DNA of 64,000 bases from a virus. Its lineage: Duplodnaviria > Heunggongvirae > Uroviricota > Caudoviricetes. The translations under genes and the position numbers were made by a program. Positions 17,560 through 26,851 of this stretch are shown here, one piece after another. The DNA is taken from IMG/VR virus record IMGVR_UViG_3300009788_000100, one strand, 5' to 3'. Under the pieces are notes generated by a model. It saw only the letters and a program-made list of their open reading frames with translations. It had not been told where the DNA came from and did no database searches. Position 1 is the first letter of the stretch, and each line of letters begins with the position of its first letter.

Positions 17560-20500
17560 TAGACTCTCTTCTCTTATTAAGTGCCCGGTGCCACAAATAC
17601 GAGGTCAAGTCGACCGACGCTGTGTCCAGGTGCTGCCGCAACCGGACCGGGCTCAGGTTGGAACGAGTTGCAAAGTAGAAACGTCGCTTCTTCTTCACGA
17701 TGACGTTGACGATGCTGGAGCGCCCTCGTTTCAGGTGGGAACTGTAGTGACGCTGCAGGTCATTTACCCCAACACCTTCCGCCTCTTTGCGAATGATTTC
17801 ACACAGTCGTTCTGACCCCTCTGCGGGGAAGCCCATTGCGAGAAGTTCCTTAAGATTTGCCGTGCAAATTGCTGCTTTACAGCGGTCTTCTAGAGAAACG
17901 CCCGCGTGCTTCTTGGCGAAGACGGAGTTTGCCACTTTATCCATGATAACTTCCATGGCCAAGTTTGTTTCGCGGTCGTCAAACCCAACGTTGCCCTCAA
18001 TGATTCGCATAGTGTTGTAAGCCAACGCTACGACGGTGCCGGTGCCCCGCTTGACTCCGGTGAGATTAACAACGATTTCCGCCTGCTCCTCTGCGTTGAG
18101 GGGGTTAAAGCTGCTGAGGCCGATGTCTGTTATGTTGACTGGTTTTGTGCAAGGAACTTTGGTTGCATTAGCCGCCCGTATGTAGCCAATACGGCTAGCG
18201 TCTGGAGCTAAGTACTCCTTTTGAAGGAGCTCTTTTGCTGCTTCTGTGTGGAACGACATCAAGAAGATAACATCCCCATCGAAGTCGAGGCCCTGAGAAA
18301 CCAGGCTATTGCCGCTGACCCGAATGACGAAACGACACGCGGGGTCGTCCGTTACTCGCACTCGCTGCATTCGCAGCGACTGAAACCCGAGGCAAGGGAA
18401 GCGTTCAGCGATGACAATATCGCCGGTTTTTACTGCGAGATTCTCTGCCATCTCGGCATGAATCTCAATCCAGTTCTCCGGGAGGTCGTCTTTAGCTAAG
18501 GTTGCCGTCGCTTTCGCGGAGTGGGGATAGCGCACAGCTAGGGCGTAAGTGGCGATGTCTCCTCGTTTAGTACTTAACTTCTTCGACACGTGATGGAAGT
18601 AGCGGTTAATTGTACGCAGAAGATTATCTTCCGGGGCCCCCTCGTCGACGTAACGGTGGCAGGCTACCACGATGTTGTTGAGGTAGCCTCCTGTATCGGA
18701 GAGCCCCCAAGTTCCTGTTGGGTGCTGCCAACAATCTCGCAACTCCGCACGAGGAATATACAACTTATCGATAAAGGTGTTCACTCCCCCGGGGAGAGAG
18801 GCTTCTTCTAGATTGTTTCCCTCTGAAATCAGGCGATACTCTACATCCTTGTTCTCATCGTCGGGAACGAAGACGTGATAAAGTCGAGGCAACTGCAACA
18901 TGAAGCCTTCGGGGCCGAGAGTGCTATCGACAATGGTATACCGCAATTCTGCGCGGGAGTGGAAATAACTCCCGTTTTGATATAGAGGCTTGATGCAAGA
19001 CCAATCCAAGATGGACTTTTTAAAGCTTTCGCCCTGCAGAGTACCCAGGGTATCGACTAACTCCACGACGTCATCAAACCCTTGTTGGTAGGAGAGAATC
19101 TCATCGGTGATGGGGTTATCTTTTCCGAATATGGTTGTCAAGCCCCGGATCTCGATGTGGCTGAGCTTTACCCCTGCAGTTCGACGACCGCGGTTATCGG
19201 TGGCAGTAACTTCGGCTTTGGTCCACAGCTGATTTTCAGGGTTCTTAATCAGACCCCAGAAGCCCCACCCGCAGAGAGTCCTTCCCGTAAACCAAGGGGT
19301 GCGCACCGGAGAAGTTCCGTCGGCGGCGTACCCCGAAGCTACCAGGGAGGTTTGCAGTTGTGGCAAGCTGACCTTGGCGTCATCTTCAATGACTGTTTCG
19401 CGACCATGTGTTGTCAACGTTAACAGCGCTTCTAAAACCTGCCCGAAGTTACGACGTTTTCCAACCGTTTTTGCAGAGACAATAATATCGATAGGGCGTT
19501 CTTCACCAGTACCTTCGTCTACCATGGTACCACAGTCAGCAAAAGTTACAACTCCCTTGTTGCCGTGACAGTTCGTTAGTTTGACACCTTCTTTAAAGCT
19601 ATGCTTGGTCTCAATGTAGACCCAGGTAGCGTGGCGTTCTTTGCCGTTAAAAGCAACTGTGTCTGTTTCCACGGCGGTTACAAGCGCGTGGTCGGCCCTT
19701 ACCCAGAAGCTGAGTGGCTTGCCATTAGGCTCGACAGAGAGCACGTAACCTTCCTCTATCTGATCGCCAGCTGCAACCTTAACCTCACCAAAACAAAGAA
19801 AGCGCCGGCTTTCTGCCGTCACTTTGTCCAGGTGCCTGTTATCGAGAATCAACTGGTCTTCGAAGTTAGCAGGAACATCAAGGAAGCAGGTCATCAGGTT
19901 CCAGCCCCGGCGGGCAACCCCGGTCTTTTGGGTCAACTCGGCCATGCTGCGACTTTGGATAGTCGGCGTTTCAGTTCCCTTCATCCCCAGCGTTTGGTAG
20001 AGGTTGCGCATCGGGTTGTGGTGGGACAGTCCGAAGGGGGTGAAGCGACGCAGGTCCTGCTTGAGCAGGTTGTTGTTGCACATCCCAGAATCGGAGAGAC
20101 CGATTGAGGTCCAAGGAAAATGCTTCTTGTTGAGCTCTCGCTGGTATTCTAATGCTGCTTGTGGCGGCAGCGCATCGAACTCCGGATCCAGAAAGACAAC
20201 ACGGTTGCACATCGCCCAGGTTTCCATAGGGGTTCCCGTCAGCGGCAGCTTGTTGACCAGGCCGTTGACAATATCCTGAAGGCTGCGGAAAGACATCGGC
20301 GCTTGCTTAGAGTCGAAACTCATAACCAGCCGTTCAAGTTGGGAGCGTTTTCCAACCCCGGCAAAAGCGGTCTCTATTCTGCCGGTGAGTAACCAAGCCA
20401 TAAGGTTCCAGTAGCTGTACTCTTTATCGTCGTGATTCCAAGTACCTACGGCTCTCTTTACACGTCTTCCGATGACGTAGTTTTTGTATTCATCGTCGTA

Positions 20501-20713
20501 AGGCTTCGGGAAACAGAGGCTCTGAGAAAGCTCGCCGCAGAAGAAATGGAGCCAAAGGCTATCTTCGGTCTCGCTCGTACTACAGAGCACCTGCAGAGGG
20601 TTACCCCGTCGGTACTTATTCAAGTTGCAGATGATTGCGCCGAGCTTTAAGTTAACTGCGGCCTTGAAACACTCCATGCTCTCTTCTCCTTTGGGTTCGT
20701 GGACACACACCAC
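17540..20713 (-). CDS. single-polypeptide RNA polymerase with beta-like and beta-prime-like double-psi beta-barrel motifs (YonO / crAss-gp66 / QDE-1-like)
   Basis: 1057 aa. KLTNCHGNKGVVTFAD at about aa 385 matches the RpoB GRHGNKGV lysine motif. SQGLDFDGDVIF at about aa 815 matches the RpoC NADFDGD Mg-binding motif. Both sit in one ORF, in beta-then-beta-prime order. A good SD (AAAGGAGAAG) precedes the ATG. Confidence 0.55.
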   Translation of the reverse strand: MVCVHEPKGEESMECFKAAVNLKLGAIICNLNKYRRGNPLQVLCSTSETEDSLWLHFFCGELSQSLCFPKPYDDEYKNYVIGRRVKRAVGTWNHDDKEYSYWNLMAWLLTGRIETAFAGVGKRSQLERLVMSFDSKQAPMSFRSLQDIVNGLVNKLPLTGTPMETWAMCNRVVFLDPEFDALPPQAALEYQRELNKKHFPWTSIGLSDSGMCNNNLLKQDLRRFTPFGLSHHNPMRNLYQTLGMKGTETPTIQSRSMAELTQKTGVARRGWNLMTCFLDVPANFEDQLILDNRHLDKVTAESRRFLCFGEVKVAAGDQIEEGYVLSVEPNGKPLSFWVRADHALVTAVETDTVAFNGKERHATWVYIETKHSFKEGVKLTNCHGNKGVVTFADCGTMVDEGTGEERPIDIIVSAKTVGKRRNFGQVLEALLTLTTHGRETVIEDDAKVSLPQLQTSLVASGYAADGTSPVRTPWFTGRTLCGWGFWGLIKNPENQLWTKAEVTATDNRGRRTAGVKLSHIEIRGLTTIFGKDNPITDEILSYQQGFDDVVELVDTLGTLQGESFKKSILDWSCIKPLYQNGSYFHSRAELRYTIVDSTLGPEGFMLQLPRLYHVFVPDDENKDVEYRLISEGNNLEEASLPGGVNTFIDKLYIPRAELRDCWQHPTGTWGLSDTGGYLNNIVVACHRYVDEGAPEDNLLRTINRYFHHVSKKLSTKRGDIATYALAVRYPHSAKATATLAKDDLPENWIEIHAEMAENLAVKTGDIVIAERFPCLGFQSLRMQRVRVTDDPACRFVIRVSGNSLVSQGLDFDGDVIFLMSFHTEAAKELLQKEYLAPDASRIGYIRAANATKVPCTKPVNITDIGLSSFNPLNAEEQAEIVVNLTGVKRGTGTVVALAYNTMRIIEGNVGFDDRETNLAMEVIMDKVANSVFAKKHAGVSLEDRCKAAICTANLKELLAMGFPAEGSERLCEIIRKEAEGVGVNDLQRHYSSHLKRGRSSIVNVIVKKKRRFYFATRSNLSPVRLRQHLDTASVDLTSYLWHRALNKRRESNAVSIL

Positions 20714-20750
20714 ACCGTGCCCGACGAAAATTAAACCCCCACCTCAACTG

Positions 20751-21722
20751 TTAGTCAGTCGCTTCAGTATAGGGGTAAGCTTCCCGGCGAATAATGTCTA
20801 ATTGCCTGGTGAAAGTTTCCTGCTCCTGTGCTAAAGCATTCACAAAACGAACAGACTTATCTCTGAAGGAAGCGGAAGCATGTTGTTCAAATTGAAAGTA
20901 CCACTGGAGCATCTTCACTCCGCCGCGGGTTACGGGATCCCTGTCTCGGTACTCCATCATCCTAACCACTTCCATACTATAGCCGTGTTTGTAAGCTTCG
21001 CAGACATAATAAGCGGGGACAAGTACTCGCCGTAAAAGATCACGGCTCAAGTCGTCTTCTGAGCTTAAGTCGAGGCGTTCTCCGTAAGCATCAATAACCT
21101 CATCCGGATCGAAGGGGGCGCTTCGGAAGTACTCACGTACAAACTGAAATACGCTCCCATGTCTTCCGTCTCTTCCTTTCTGGTGGTTAACAAAAAGAAG
21201 GCCCCTCTTAGCTAGCGCTCTCTTCTCCATCAACCCGGAGACGTCACCGCCATTTTTTTCATTGAAGATACCACAAATGTCAATGTCAAGAACGTGGAAG
21301 TCTGGTCCCGCAGTCTTGTGAAATTTATACATCTCCGGCCTGAACAGGGGAAAGCGCGTCCAGCTGCCATCCCCTAGTAGGATGCGTTCTTTTGAGTACA
21401 TCCGGCGAAAAGCATTAAATTCGTCTGGCCAGATGCGCATGTCTGGCAAGTAGGTATCCCTGGTTGCTATTAGTCGGCGAAGAACCTCGGCTCTCCCGGA
21501 CCGACGGCAGTCCTGGATGGTAATAATATCCTCAGGTTTTATTAGTTTTTGGCGCAGCAACCCTCTCTCGAAGTGGGCTTTAGCCCCTGCAAAGGTCAGC
21601 GCCCTTAGCCGAGTGGGCAGATAGCCATTAGATGCCGCGTGTCGAACGAGCGTCAGCTTAAGTGACCTCGCCCTTTGTTTGTTTGGCCCGTCCCAGTGAA
21701 GGACTTTGCGGGAAGTAGACAT
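20751..21722 (-). CDS. hypothetical protein
   Basis: 323-aa ORF. No confident motif; weak methyltransferase-like impression only. Confidence 0.4.
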   Translation of the reverse strand: MSTSRKVLHWDGPNKQRARSLKLTLVRHAASNGYLPTRLRALTFAGAKAHFERGLLRQKLIKPEDIITIQDCRRSGRAEVLRRLIATRDTYLPDMRIWPDEFNAFRRMYSKERILLGDGSWTRFPLFRPEMYKFHKTAGPDFHVLDIDICGIFNEKNGGDVSGLMEKRALAKRGLLFVNHQKGRDGRHGSVFQFVREYFRSAPFDPDEVIDAYGERLDLSSEDDLSRDLLRRVLVPAYYVCEAYKHGYSMEVVRMMEYRDRDPVTRGGVKMLQWYFQFEQHASASFRDKSVRFVNALAQEQETFTRQLDIIRREAYPYTEATD

Positions 21723-21853
21723 TTTTATGTGGTGGCTTTGGGGGAACCAGCAGAGTAACCCATGGAGTAAGAAACCTCTACCGATCCCCCCTAGGCCGGG
21801 GGCGACTAAGTAGCTGAAGGAAAGGAAAACCCCAGCATGCCTTAGTCGGGGGC

Positions 21854-22144
21854 TTAGAGCCCCTGGTTTTTACGGCGCGTCGCAGCTGCTTTCTTAGCAA
21901 TCTTCGACCGTCGCCGGCGCTCGGCAGCTTCGGTGGCGCGGCGGGTATCCCACGCGGTGAACGCGGCCTTGCTGCGCTTACGCTCAACAGCAGTTTTGCC
22001 GCGACCGCGCTTTCGGGTAGTGGCGCTTACAGGTTTTCGTGTACTCATAGCTTTTTCCTTGTGTTGTTTATGGAAGTAGACAGAAATACTCTCCAGTGGC
22101 CGAGCTGAAGATAACGTCAAGATTAGTTTCGGTGTTGGAAACAA
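21854..22144 (-). CDS. small highly basic (DNA/RNA-binding?) protein
   Basis: 96 aa, R/K-rich (RKRGRGKTAVERKRSKAA...RRRRSKIAKKAAATRRKNQGL). Confidence 0.3.
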   Translation of the reverse strand: MFPTPKLILTLSSARPLESISVYFHKQHKEKAMSTRKPVSATTRKRGRGKTAVERKRSKAAFTAWDTRRATEAAERRRRSKIAKKAAATRRKNQGL

Positions 22145-22631
22145 TGCCGAGGTAAGTATCTCTTAGAGTGTAAAAATCGACGATAAAATACGCCTGTTCA
22201 ATACCTGCGTACTGATGCATGGAAAGCTCATGAAGTTTTTCCCCGCCCTCAATCCGATACTGAAGCCCCGCCATGCCCCCACCGTCAACGCTGCGTCGAA
22301 ACTCAATAAAACGGTGCCCGTTTTCATCCATCGGTTGTGGGTTAGGCATCCCCACCGAAGCTTCTAGCAAAGGCCAAGTCTTCGCTTCGGAAACAGACTT
22401 CGTCGCTTCAGGACAGCCTTTGTAGAGCTTACGATCTTCGGCGTTGAAGCTCTCCCAAGGAGCCTTCTTGACAATTGGTTTAGTGTCGGTGACAACCTTT
22501 ACACTTGGGCCGCCGCAACCGATGAGGAAGAGGGCGGCTGCTATTATCGTGATTAGCTTGTTCATGTTTATTCTCCACTCCCGGGGTAGCTTGCTTTCTT
22601 TGAGAGGTACCAAGGCAGTCCGACGGGCCAC
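22068..22631 (-). CDS. lipoprotein (signal peptide plus lipobox)
   Basis: Internal start MNKLITIIAAALFLIGCGG (near 22565) gives a typical L-x-G-C lipobox. The ORF track start further upstream is probably an over-extension. Confidence 0.4.
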   Translation of the reverse strand: MARRTALVPLKESKLPREWRINMNKLITIIAAALFLIGCGGPSVKVVTDTKPIVKKAPWESFNAEDRKLYKGCPEATKSVSEAKTWPLLEASVGMPNPQPMDENGHRFIEFRRSVDGGGMAGLQYRIEGGEKLHELSMHQYAGIEQAYFIVDFYTLRDTYLGIVSNTETNLDVIFSSATGEYFCLLP

Positions 22632-22770
22632 AAAAGTAAGATAAAGAGCATAGGTAGAAGGTTGCCAGACCAGCCCCTATAGGGGCCGCGGACTACCGTA
22701 ATGGAGATAGAAATAAAGGTCCCTAGGAACCAAATCAGAATCAGAGTCGCAACCATGTTTGTTTTTATCC

Positions 22771-23268
22771 TTATAGTAACAGGGTATCAAGCTCATTCCA
22801 GAAGCTGGGAAGTCTTCCCGTCTTAAGAAACCAGCGAATGAAAGGGTATTCTTTCTTGTACATTTCGAACTGAGGGGAGCCGTTGGCTTTCGAGAACCTT
22901 GAGTTGGCAATACGATCTGCCAGCTTGACAGCCAATGCCAGGGTGCCTCCCTCCCGAACCTTCAACATTGTCTTAACCGTTTTTTCCTTCCGATTCCTAC
23001 CGTTTTCATTGGTAACAGCGAATACTAACTCGCCGGTGTCATCCCCGAAAAGGTCGTAGACGTGGCGCAGCTTAGCAGAGGTGTCTTCGACTACGTCGTG
23101 CAGCCAGCCGGCAGCAAACACTCTGTCTGGAAAGTAGAAATCCCCGCTGTGCTGTTGTAACACCTGAACTACGTCTGTTAGGTGTTTCTCATAGGGATGC
23201 TCCCCGTATAACTGTCCGCCGTGGCTCTCGATGGCGAACTGTCGGGCGTTGTTAATGAGAACCTTCAT
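22771..23268 (-). CDS. HD-domain phosphohydrolase
   Basis: 165 aa. H..H...GWLHDVVEDT HD motif plus downstream D. Confidence 0.65.
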   Translation of the reverse strand: MKVLINNARQFAIESHGGQLYGEHPYEKHLTDVVQVLQQHSGDFYFPDRVFAAGWLHDVVEDTSAKLRHVYDLFGDDTGELVFAVTNENGRNRKEKTVKTMLKVREGGTLALAVKLADRIANSRFSKANGSPQFEMYKKEYPFIRWFLKTGRLPSFWNELDTLLL

Positions 23269-23820
23269 TTAATTATTTCCCCGTCCCGGGTGACCCTTTT
23301 TATCTTTATCATTTTTTTTCCGAGGAGGCATAGTTTTTAGGGGAGGACACCTATTTAACTATCTCCCAGCCCCAGGTGATCATGATTAACATTTCCTGGT
23401 GCATTTGCTCTTCTAGCTCTGCTTCCCCATCAAAATATTCATCGTCTACTTCGATTACTCTTTCAACGAGGGATTTAACCTTGCTTGTTCTAGCCCATAC
23501 TTTAACCTTCATTCGCCTGTACCTCGGCTTTAGGGAAGGAGTTCTCCATCAACAGCCTGCAAACACTGTACTCCCAGCAATCGGGCCAAACTTCTCCGCG
23601 CATCCCGGAAAGAATTTGCTGGGGTAAACTTCCACTTATAAAGGTCTTCTTTTTACCCTTCCAGGACAGACGAATACCGGTGCCAGCACCGTCTACTCGT
23701 GTTATGGTGAAGTAGTCGCGCTTTTTGGCTGGAATGTGGGTGTGCTTACCCTTCCAAGGGAAGTAATTAAACTGACAAATACCACACCATTTTGCTCCGT
23801 ACATATTCTTATCTTTCTCA

Positions 23821-24215
23821 GTGGACCTGCTCGGAATCGAACCGAGGTCCGAACTACTTCAGTGTTGGGTGCTTTACTACGGCTATCTGTACCCAGCTTT
23901 GTGGACTTCATACCCTGTCCACGGTTTTTCTCCTATCTGGGAACCGACTTGAGGGTCTAATGGTTTAACGTCTTCTAGTAGGACGTACAGCGGTCCTGCT
24001 TGGGTAATAAGGTGAGGAGAGCCTACCCCACGCCGACTCTAGGCCGCGGCGAGCGCACGGGGCGCCGCCGTCCGATTGGTGTTAGCCACCATCGAAGCGA
24101 ACTTAACAAACGAGTTGCCAGTTATTGATCGGATAACCAAAGTTAAGGCATTTAGGTTCCAGTATGCCAGCCGAACTTGCCACCGAAAATAGCCCGTCGA
24201 AGCCAGTTCAGGCCC
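23821..24215 (-). ncRNA. ssrA: tmRNA (ssrA-like transfer-messenger RNA)
   Basis: Minus-strand RNA begins GGGCCUGAACUGGCUUCGACGGG (E. coli tmRNA: GGGGCUGAUUCUGGAUUCGACGGG). It ends with T-arm CUCGG-UUCGAUU-CCGAG and CAGGUCC-A, which pairs with the 5' GGGCCUG (one G-U). About 395 nt in a 400-nt ORF-free gap. No canonical ...ALAA tag frame identified by eye. Confidence 0.6.
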
Positions 24216-24223
24216 GTTAGGGA

Positions 24224-24991
24224 CTAGTAGTGTTTTTTCTTTTTTTTCTTCGAGGAAAACTTTCCTGTAGAAGAAGCCCCTCCCTTCTCTTCAGCCGCTT
24301 CTAGTAGCTTTTTAAGATCGCCGCCAATTTTAGCTCCTGTTGCCTTTGGTCGCCGGAACTTTTTACGCAGTAGTTTAGGTGCACTGATGAGCGGCGACGT
24401 TAAGTCCCTGAAGCCGATAATTTTTGTAAAGTAGGAGGTTCTTGAAGGGTTGGAGTTAAAGCCGGAATTACTGTTGCGTAGCTGAGCTCTGTTTTGTAGG
24501 TGCTTTATTGCTTTTTTACTCAGTGCCCTTGGGTTGGGTGGCCGGCGCTTTGCTGCCCACTTCGACCGAGTTCGCATGATGTCCTGGAAAACAGGATCGT
24601 TAAGGAACTGAGTTGAGGTCGCGCCCTTGAGGTAGTTATTCAGGTCAGTGTTGTCTGCTTGGAATTGTGGCATCAACTCCATCCAGCTACAGCTTTGTTG
24701 GTACAGCTCGCTTGAATTAACGCTCAAGGAGAGGTATTCGTGCCAAATAAAAGCCCTCCTGATCTCAGCTTCCCACTTAGTCATATCGTAGGGGAGCACG
24801 CTAAACTCCTCCTTTACTTCAACCCGTGCTGCCGACACCGACAAGTGAAAACCGTAATCATTTCTTTTTGATGTGTTGCCCCACACTAGAAGCAGATAAC
24901 GTTTTGCCTGCTCATCGGCCTTTAGTACCATAAATTTTCCGGTACCGTAACCTTCGATAGTTAACCGAGCCGATAGGTGTTTTCGAAGCAT
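24224..24991 (-). CDS. hypothetical protein with poly-Lys C-terminus
   Basis: 255-aa ORF ending ...SSKKKKKKHY. Confidence 0.35.
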   Translation of the reverse strand: MLRKHLSARLTIEGYGTGKFMVLKADEQAKRYLLLVWGNTSKRNDYGFHLSVSAARVEVKEEFSVLPYDMTKWEAEIRRAFIWHEYLSLSVNSSELYQQSCSWMELMPQFQADNTDLNNYLKGATSTQFLNDPVFQDIMRTRSKWAAKRRPPNPRALSKKAIKHLQNRAQLRNSNSGFNSNPSRTSYFTKIIGFRDLTSPLISAPKLLRKKFRRPKATGAKIGGDLKKLLEAAEEKGGASSTGKFSSKKKKKKHY

Positions 24992-25288
24992 TGCTCGTTA
25001 ATTTCGATTTCGTTAGGGTTAACAACGGTTCCGATTAACTCTCTTGTTTTGGCACTGTGAATAGCAACTGTCATTTCGCTGATAGCTTCTGACCAACATA
25101 AAAGGTAATAGAAACCCATCACTAGGTAGTGGGCTCCTACGGCCTCCTCGTTAATCTTATAGACCTTTGGCCAGTCATTTTTTCCTTCATAAACTAACCC
25201 TGTTGTGGGGCAATGAATGTCTGGCGTTGTTCTACCGTTAATAAGAATTCCACAAAGAGACCGAGCTACTGGAGTTAGGGGTGCTCTC

Positions 25289-25936
25289 CTAGAGCTCATG
25301 CCCACAAACCCCATTAAGAAAATTCCAAATAATTGAGGTACCTGCTTGGCTGGAAGCATCTTTACCTAGATGTTCCGGGTGGAACTGTACTGCGTACAAA
25401 CCACGCTCTTCATCTTCCATAGCAGCGGCCTCTGTAGCTTCAGTAGTACCCGTAACGGAAAACCCCTCAGGAACAGTGGTTACTTTACAGACATGCGCCA
25501 TCCACACAGGAGCTCCCGCATCGGTAAAGTCTCGGAATAGTTCCGAGGGCTCCTCCGTGAAGTCCAGGTGGATTAGTTCTTTCTCCCGTTCGTGCATCCG
25601 TTTGACCTCGCCGCCAAAGTCCTTCGCCATTCGTTGCATGCCGTAGCAAATGCCAAGGACGGGGACACCAAGGGTGTAGATAGTTGTGTCCACCGTGGGC
25701 GCTTTGGGAGAATTGACGTATTCAGGAGAGCCGGAGATGAAAAGTGCCAGAGGGTTTAGTGCCGTTAGAACTTCGGCTGGCGTGTCGCTGGGCAGCAAAA
25801 TGGGGCGCAGCTTGAAGTTAATTAAAGTATCGTATAAGCTCTTGGTAAAAGAGGAACCACAGTAAAGAATAGGAACATTACGCATTGAATTTACTTTCCT
25901 CGCTGCCGTATCCGTGCAAGCTGCCGTGGCTTTCAA
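25289..25936 (-). CDS. class-I glutamine amidotransferase (triad GATase1)
   Basis: 215 aa. VPVLGICYGMQRMA (G-x-C-x-G nucleophile elbow) and VQFHPEHL (His-Glu of the triad). Confidence 0.65.
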   Translation of the reverse strand: MKATAACTDTAARKVNSMRNVPILYCGSSFTKSLYDTLINFKLRPILLPSDTPAEVLTALNPLALFISGSPEYVNSPKAPTVDTTIYTLGVPVLGICYGMQRMAKDFGGEVKRMHEREKELIHLDFTEEPSELFRDFTDAGAPVWMAHVCKVTTVPEGFSVTGTTEATEAAAMEDEERGLYAVQFHPEHLGKDASSQAGTSIIWNFLNGVCGHEL

Positions 25937-26438
25937 GTAATTGCTTTGCTAAGGGCGCATCGTAAATCTTTGCTAGCTGGTCGTGCGCGTATAGGTCCGC
26001 GTATAACTCTAACTCTGCGTGGCTCCAGAAGGGCGACAACTCTTCCTTACGGCAGTCCCAGTCAACGTGACCAACTTCATGGAGAAGAATAAACTCAGTC
26101 TCCATAGTAGTTAAGCCATCGACGACTTCGTTGAGCCAAATACCGCAGGACTTAGTATGCTTCTCCCACTCTTTCGCTTTCGCCGCCTTCATTAGGTAAC
26201 CCCAGTTGAGTCGGTAGGCCTTCGGAATAGCCACCAGCAGTTGCTCCACGGAGTAGTACTTAATCATTCTCTCTAGGAAGTCATCTTGAGTTTGAATAGA
26301 GATGTTGGTAACCATCGGAGGCACATTAGAGTCGGTAACTTTTTTGCCCAGCAAGTTTAGGGGCCAGTAAGTATGCGGCACAACGCGCTCTACCATCGCG
26401 TCGAGAACACTTTGAGTGAGTTTGGTGGAAGTTGTCAC
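25878..26438 (-). CDS. HEVGH zinc-metallopeptidase-like protein, paralog B
   Basis: 186 aa with FILLHEVGHVDWD. Sits between GATase1 and Cys-rich ORFs. Confidence 0.45.
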   Translation of the reverse strand: MTTSTKLTQSVLDAMVERVVPHTYWPLNLLGKKVTDSNVPPMVTNISIQTQDDFLERMIKYYSVEQLLVAIPKAYRLNWGYLMKAAKAKEWEKHTKSCGIWLNEVVDGLTTMETEFILLHEVGHVDWDCRKEELSPFWSHAELELYADLYAHDQLAKIYDAPLAKQLLESHGSLHGYGSEESKFNA

Positions 26439-26851
26439 TGGTTCCTCTCTTTTGGTAGATTTCCGCTGGAGATGAGGTCAAAAATTTCAGCTGCGTCAAC
26501 GTCTAAATTGTACTCTAGTTCCTTGTCGCCCAGCAAGTATTCTCCTAAGTCATAAAAGCCGGAGCAACTTAGTAATGGAATTCCGATCATTTGGCAAGCT
26601 TTATCGTAAGCTGCGGCCGACATCGCGGTCGTTTCGTGGCAACCGCAGTCGTTGACACAGGTTAACTGGAAGCCCCGCTTCTCATCATCGTCCCCATCCT
26701 TAGCAATGAAGGACACAGAGAAAACGCAATCCCAGGGTTCTCCCTGCCAGGCCTCGGCGTTGGGTAAGGAAGACCAAAGAGAACGTAGATTCTTATTCCA
26801 ACGGACAAGGTCACCAATGTTTAGGCAGTCAAAACTATCTATTGCCGACAT
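26435..26851 (-). CDS. hypothetical Cys-containing protein
   Basis: 138-aa ORF. Start overlaps the upstream stop. Confidence 0.3.
   Translation of the reverse strand: MSAIDSFDCLNIGDLVRWNKNLRSLWSSLPNAEAWQGEPWDCVFSVSFIAKDGDDDEKRGFQLTCVNDCGCHETTAMSAAAYDKACQMIGIPLLSCSGFYDLGEYLLGDKELEYNLDVDAAEIFDLISSGNLPKERNQ

Noticed and set aside
21841-21871. Hairpin GGGGC-UUAGA-GCCCC followed by UGGUUUUU, terminator-like on the plus strand
   Set aside because: Orientation is wrong for the minus-strand genes it abuts, and there is no credible plus-strand gene upstream. It could be coincidental or a bidirectional element; not called.
23821-23900. Stand-alone tRNA call for the GGUUCGAUUCC T-loop at 23834
   Set aside because: No 5' acceptor strand exists within 75-100 nt. 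The matching 5' strand is about 395 nt upstream and is preceded by the tmRNA-specific UGGCUUCGACGGG block, so this is the tRNA-like domain of a tmRNA, not a tRNA.
24236-24252. Long T-rich tract (TTTTTTCTTTTTTTTC) that looked like a terminator U-tract
   Set aside because: It lies inside the 24224..24991 ORF, where it encodes the poly-Lys C-terminus on the minus strand. There is no adjacent hairpin.
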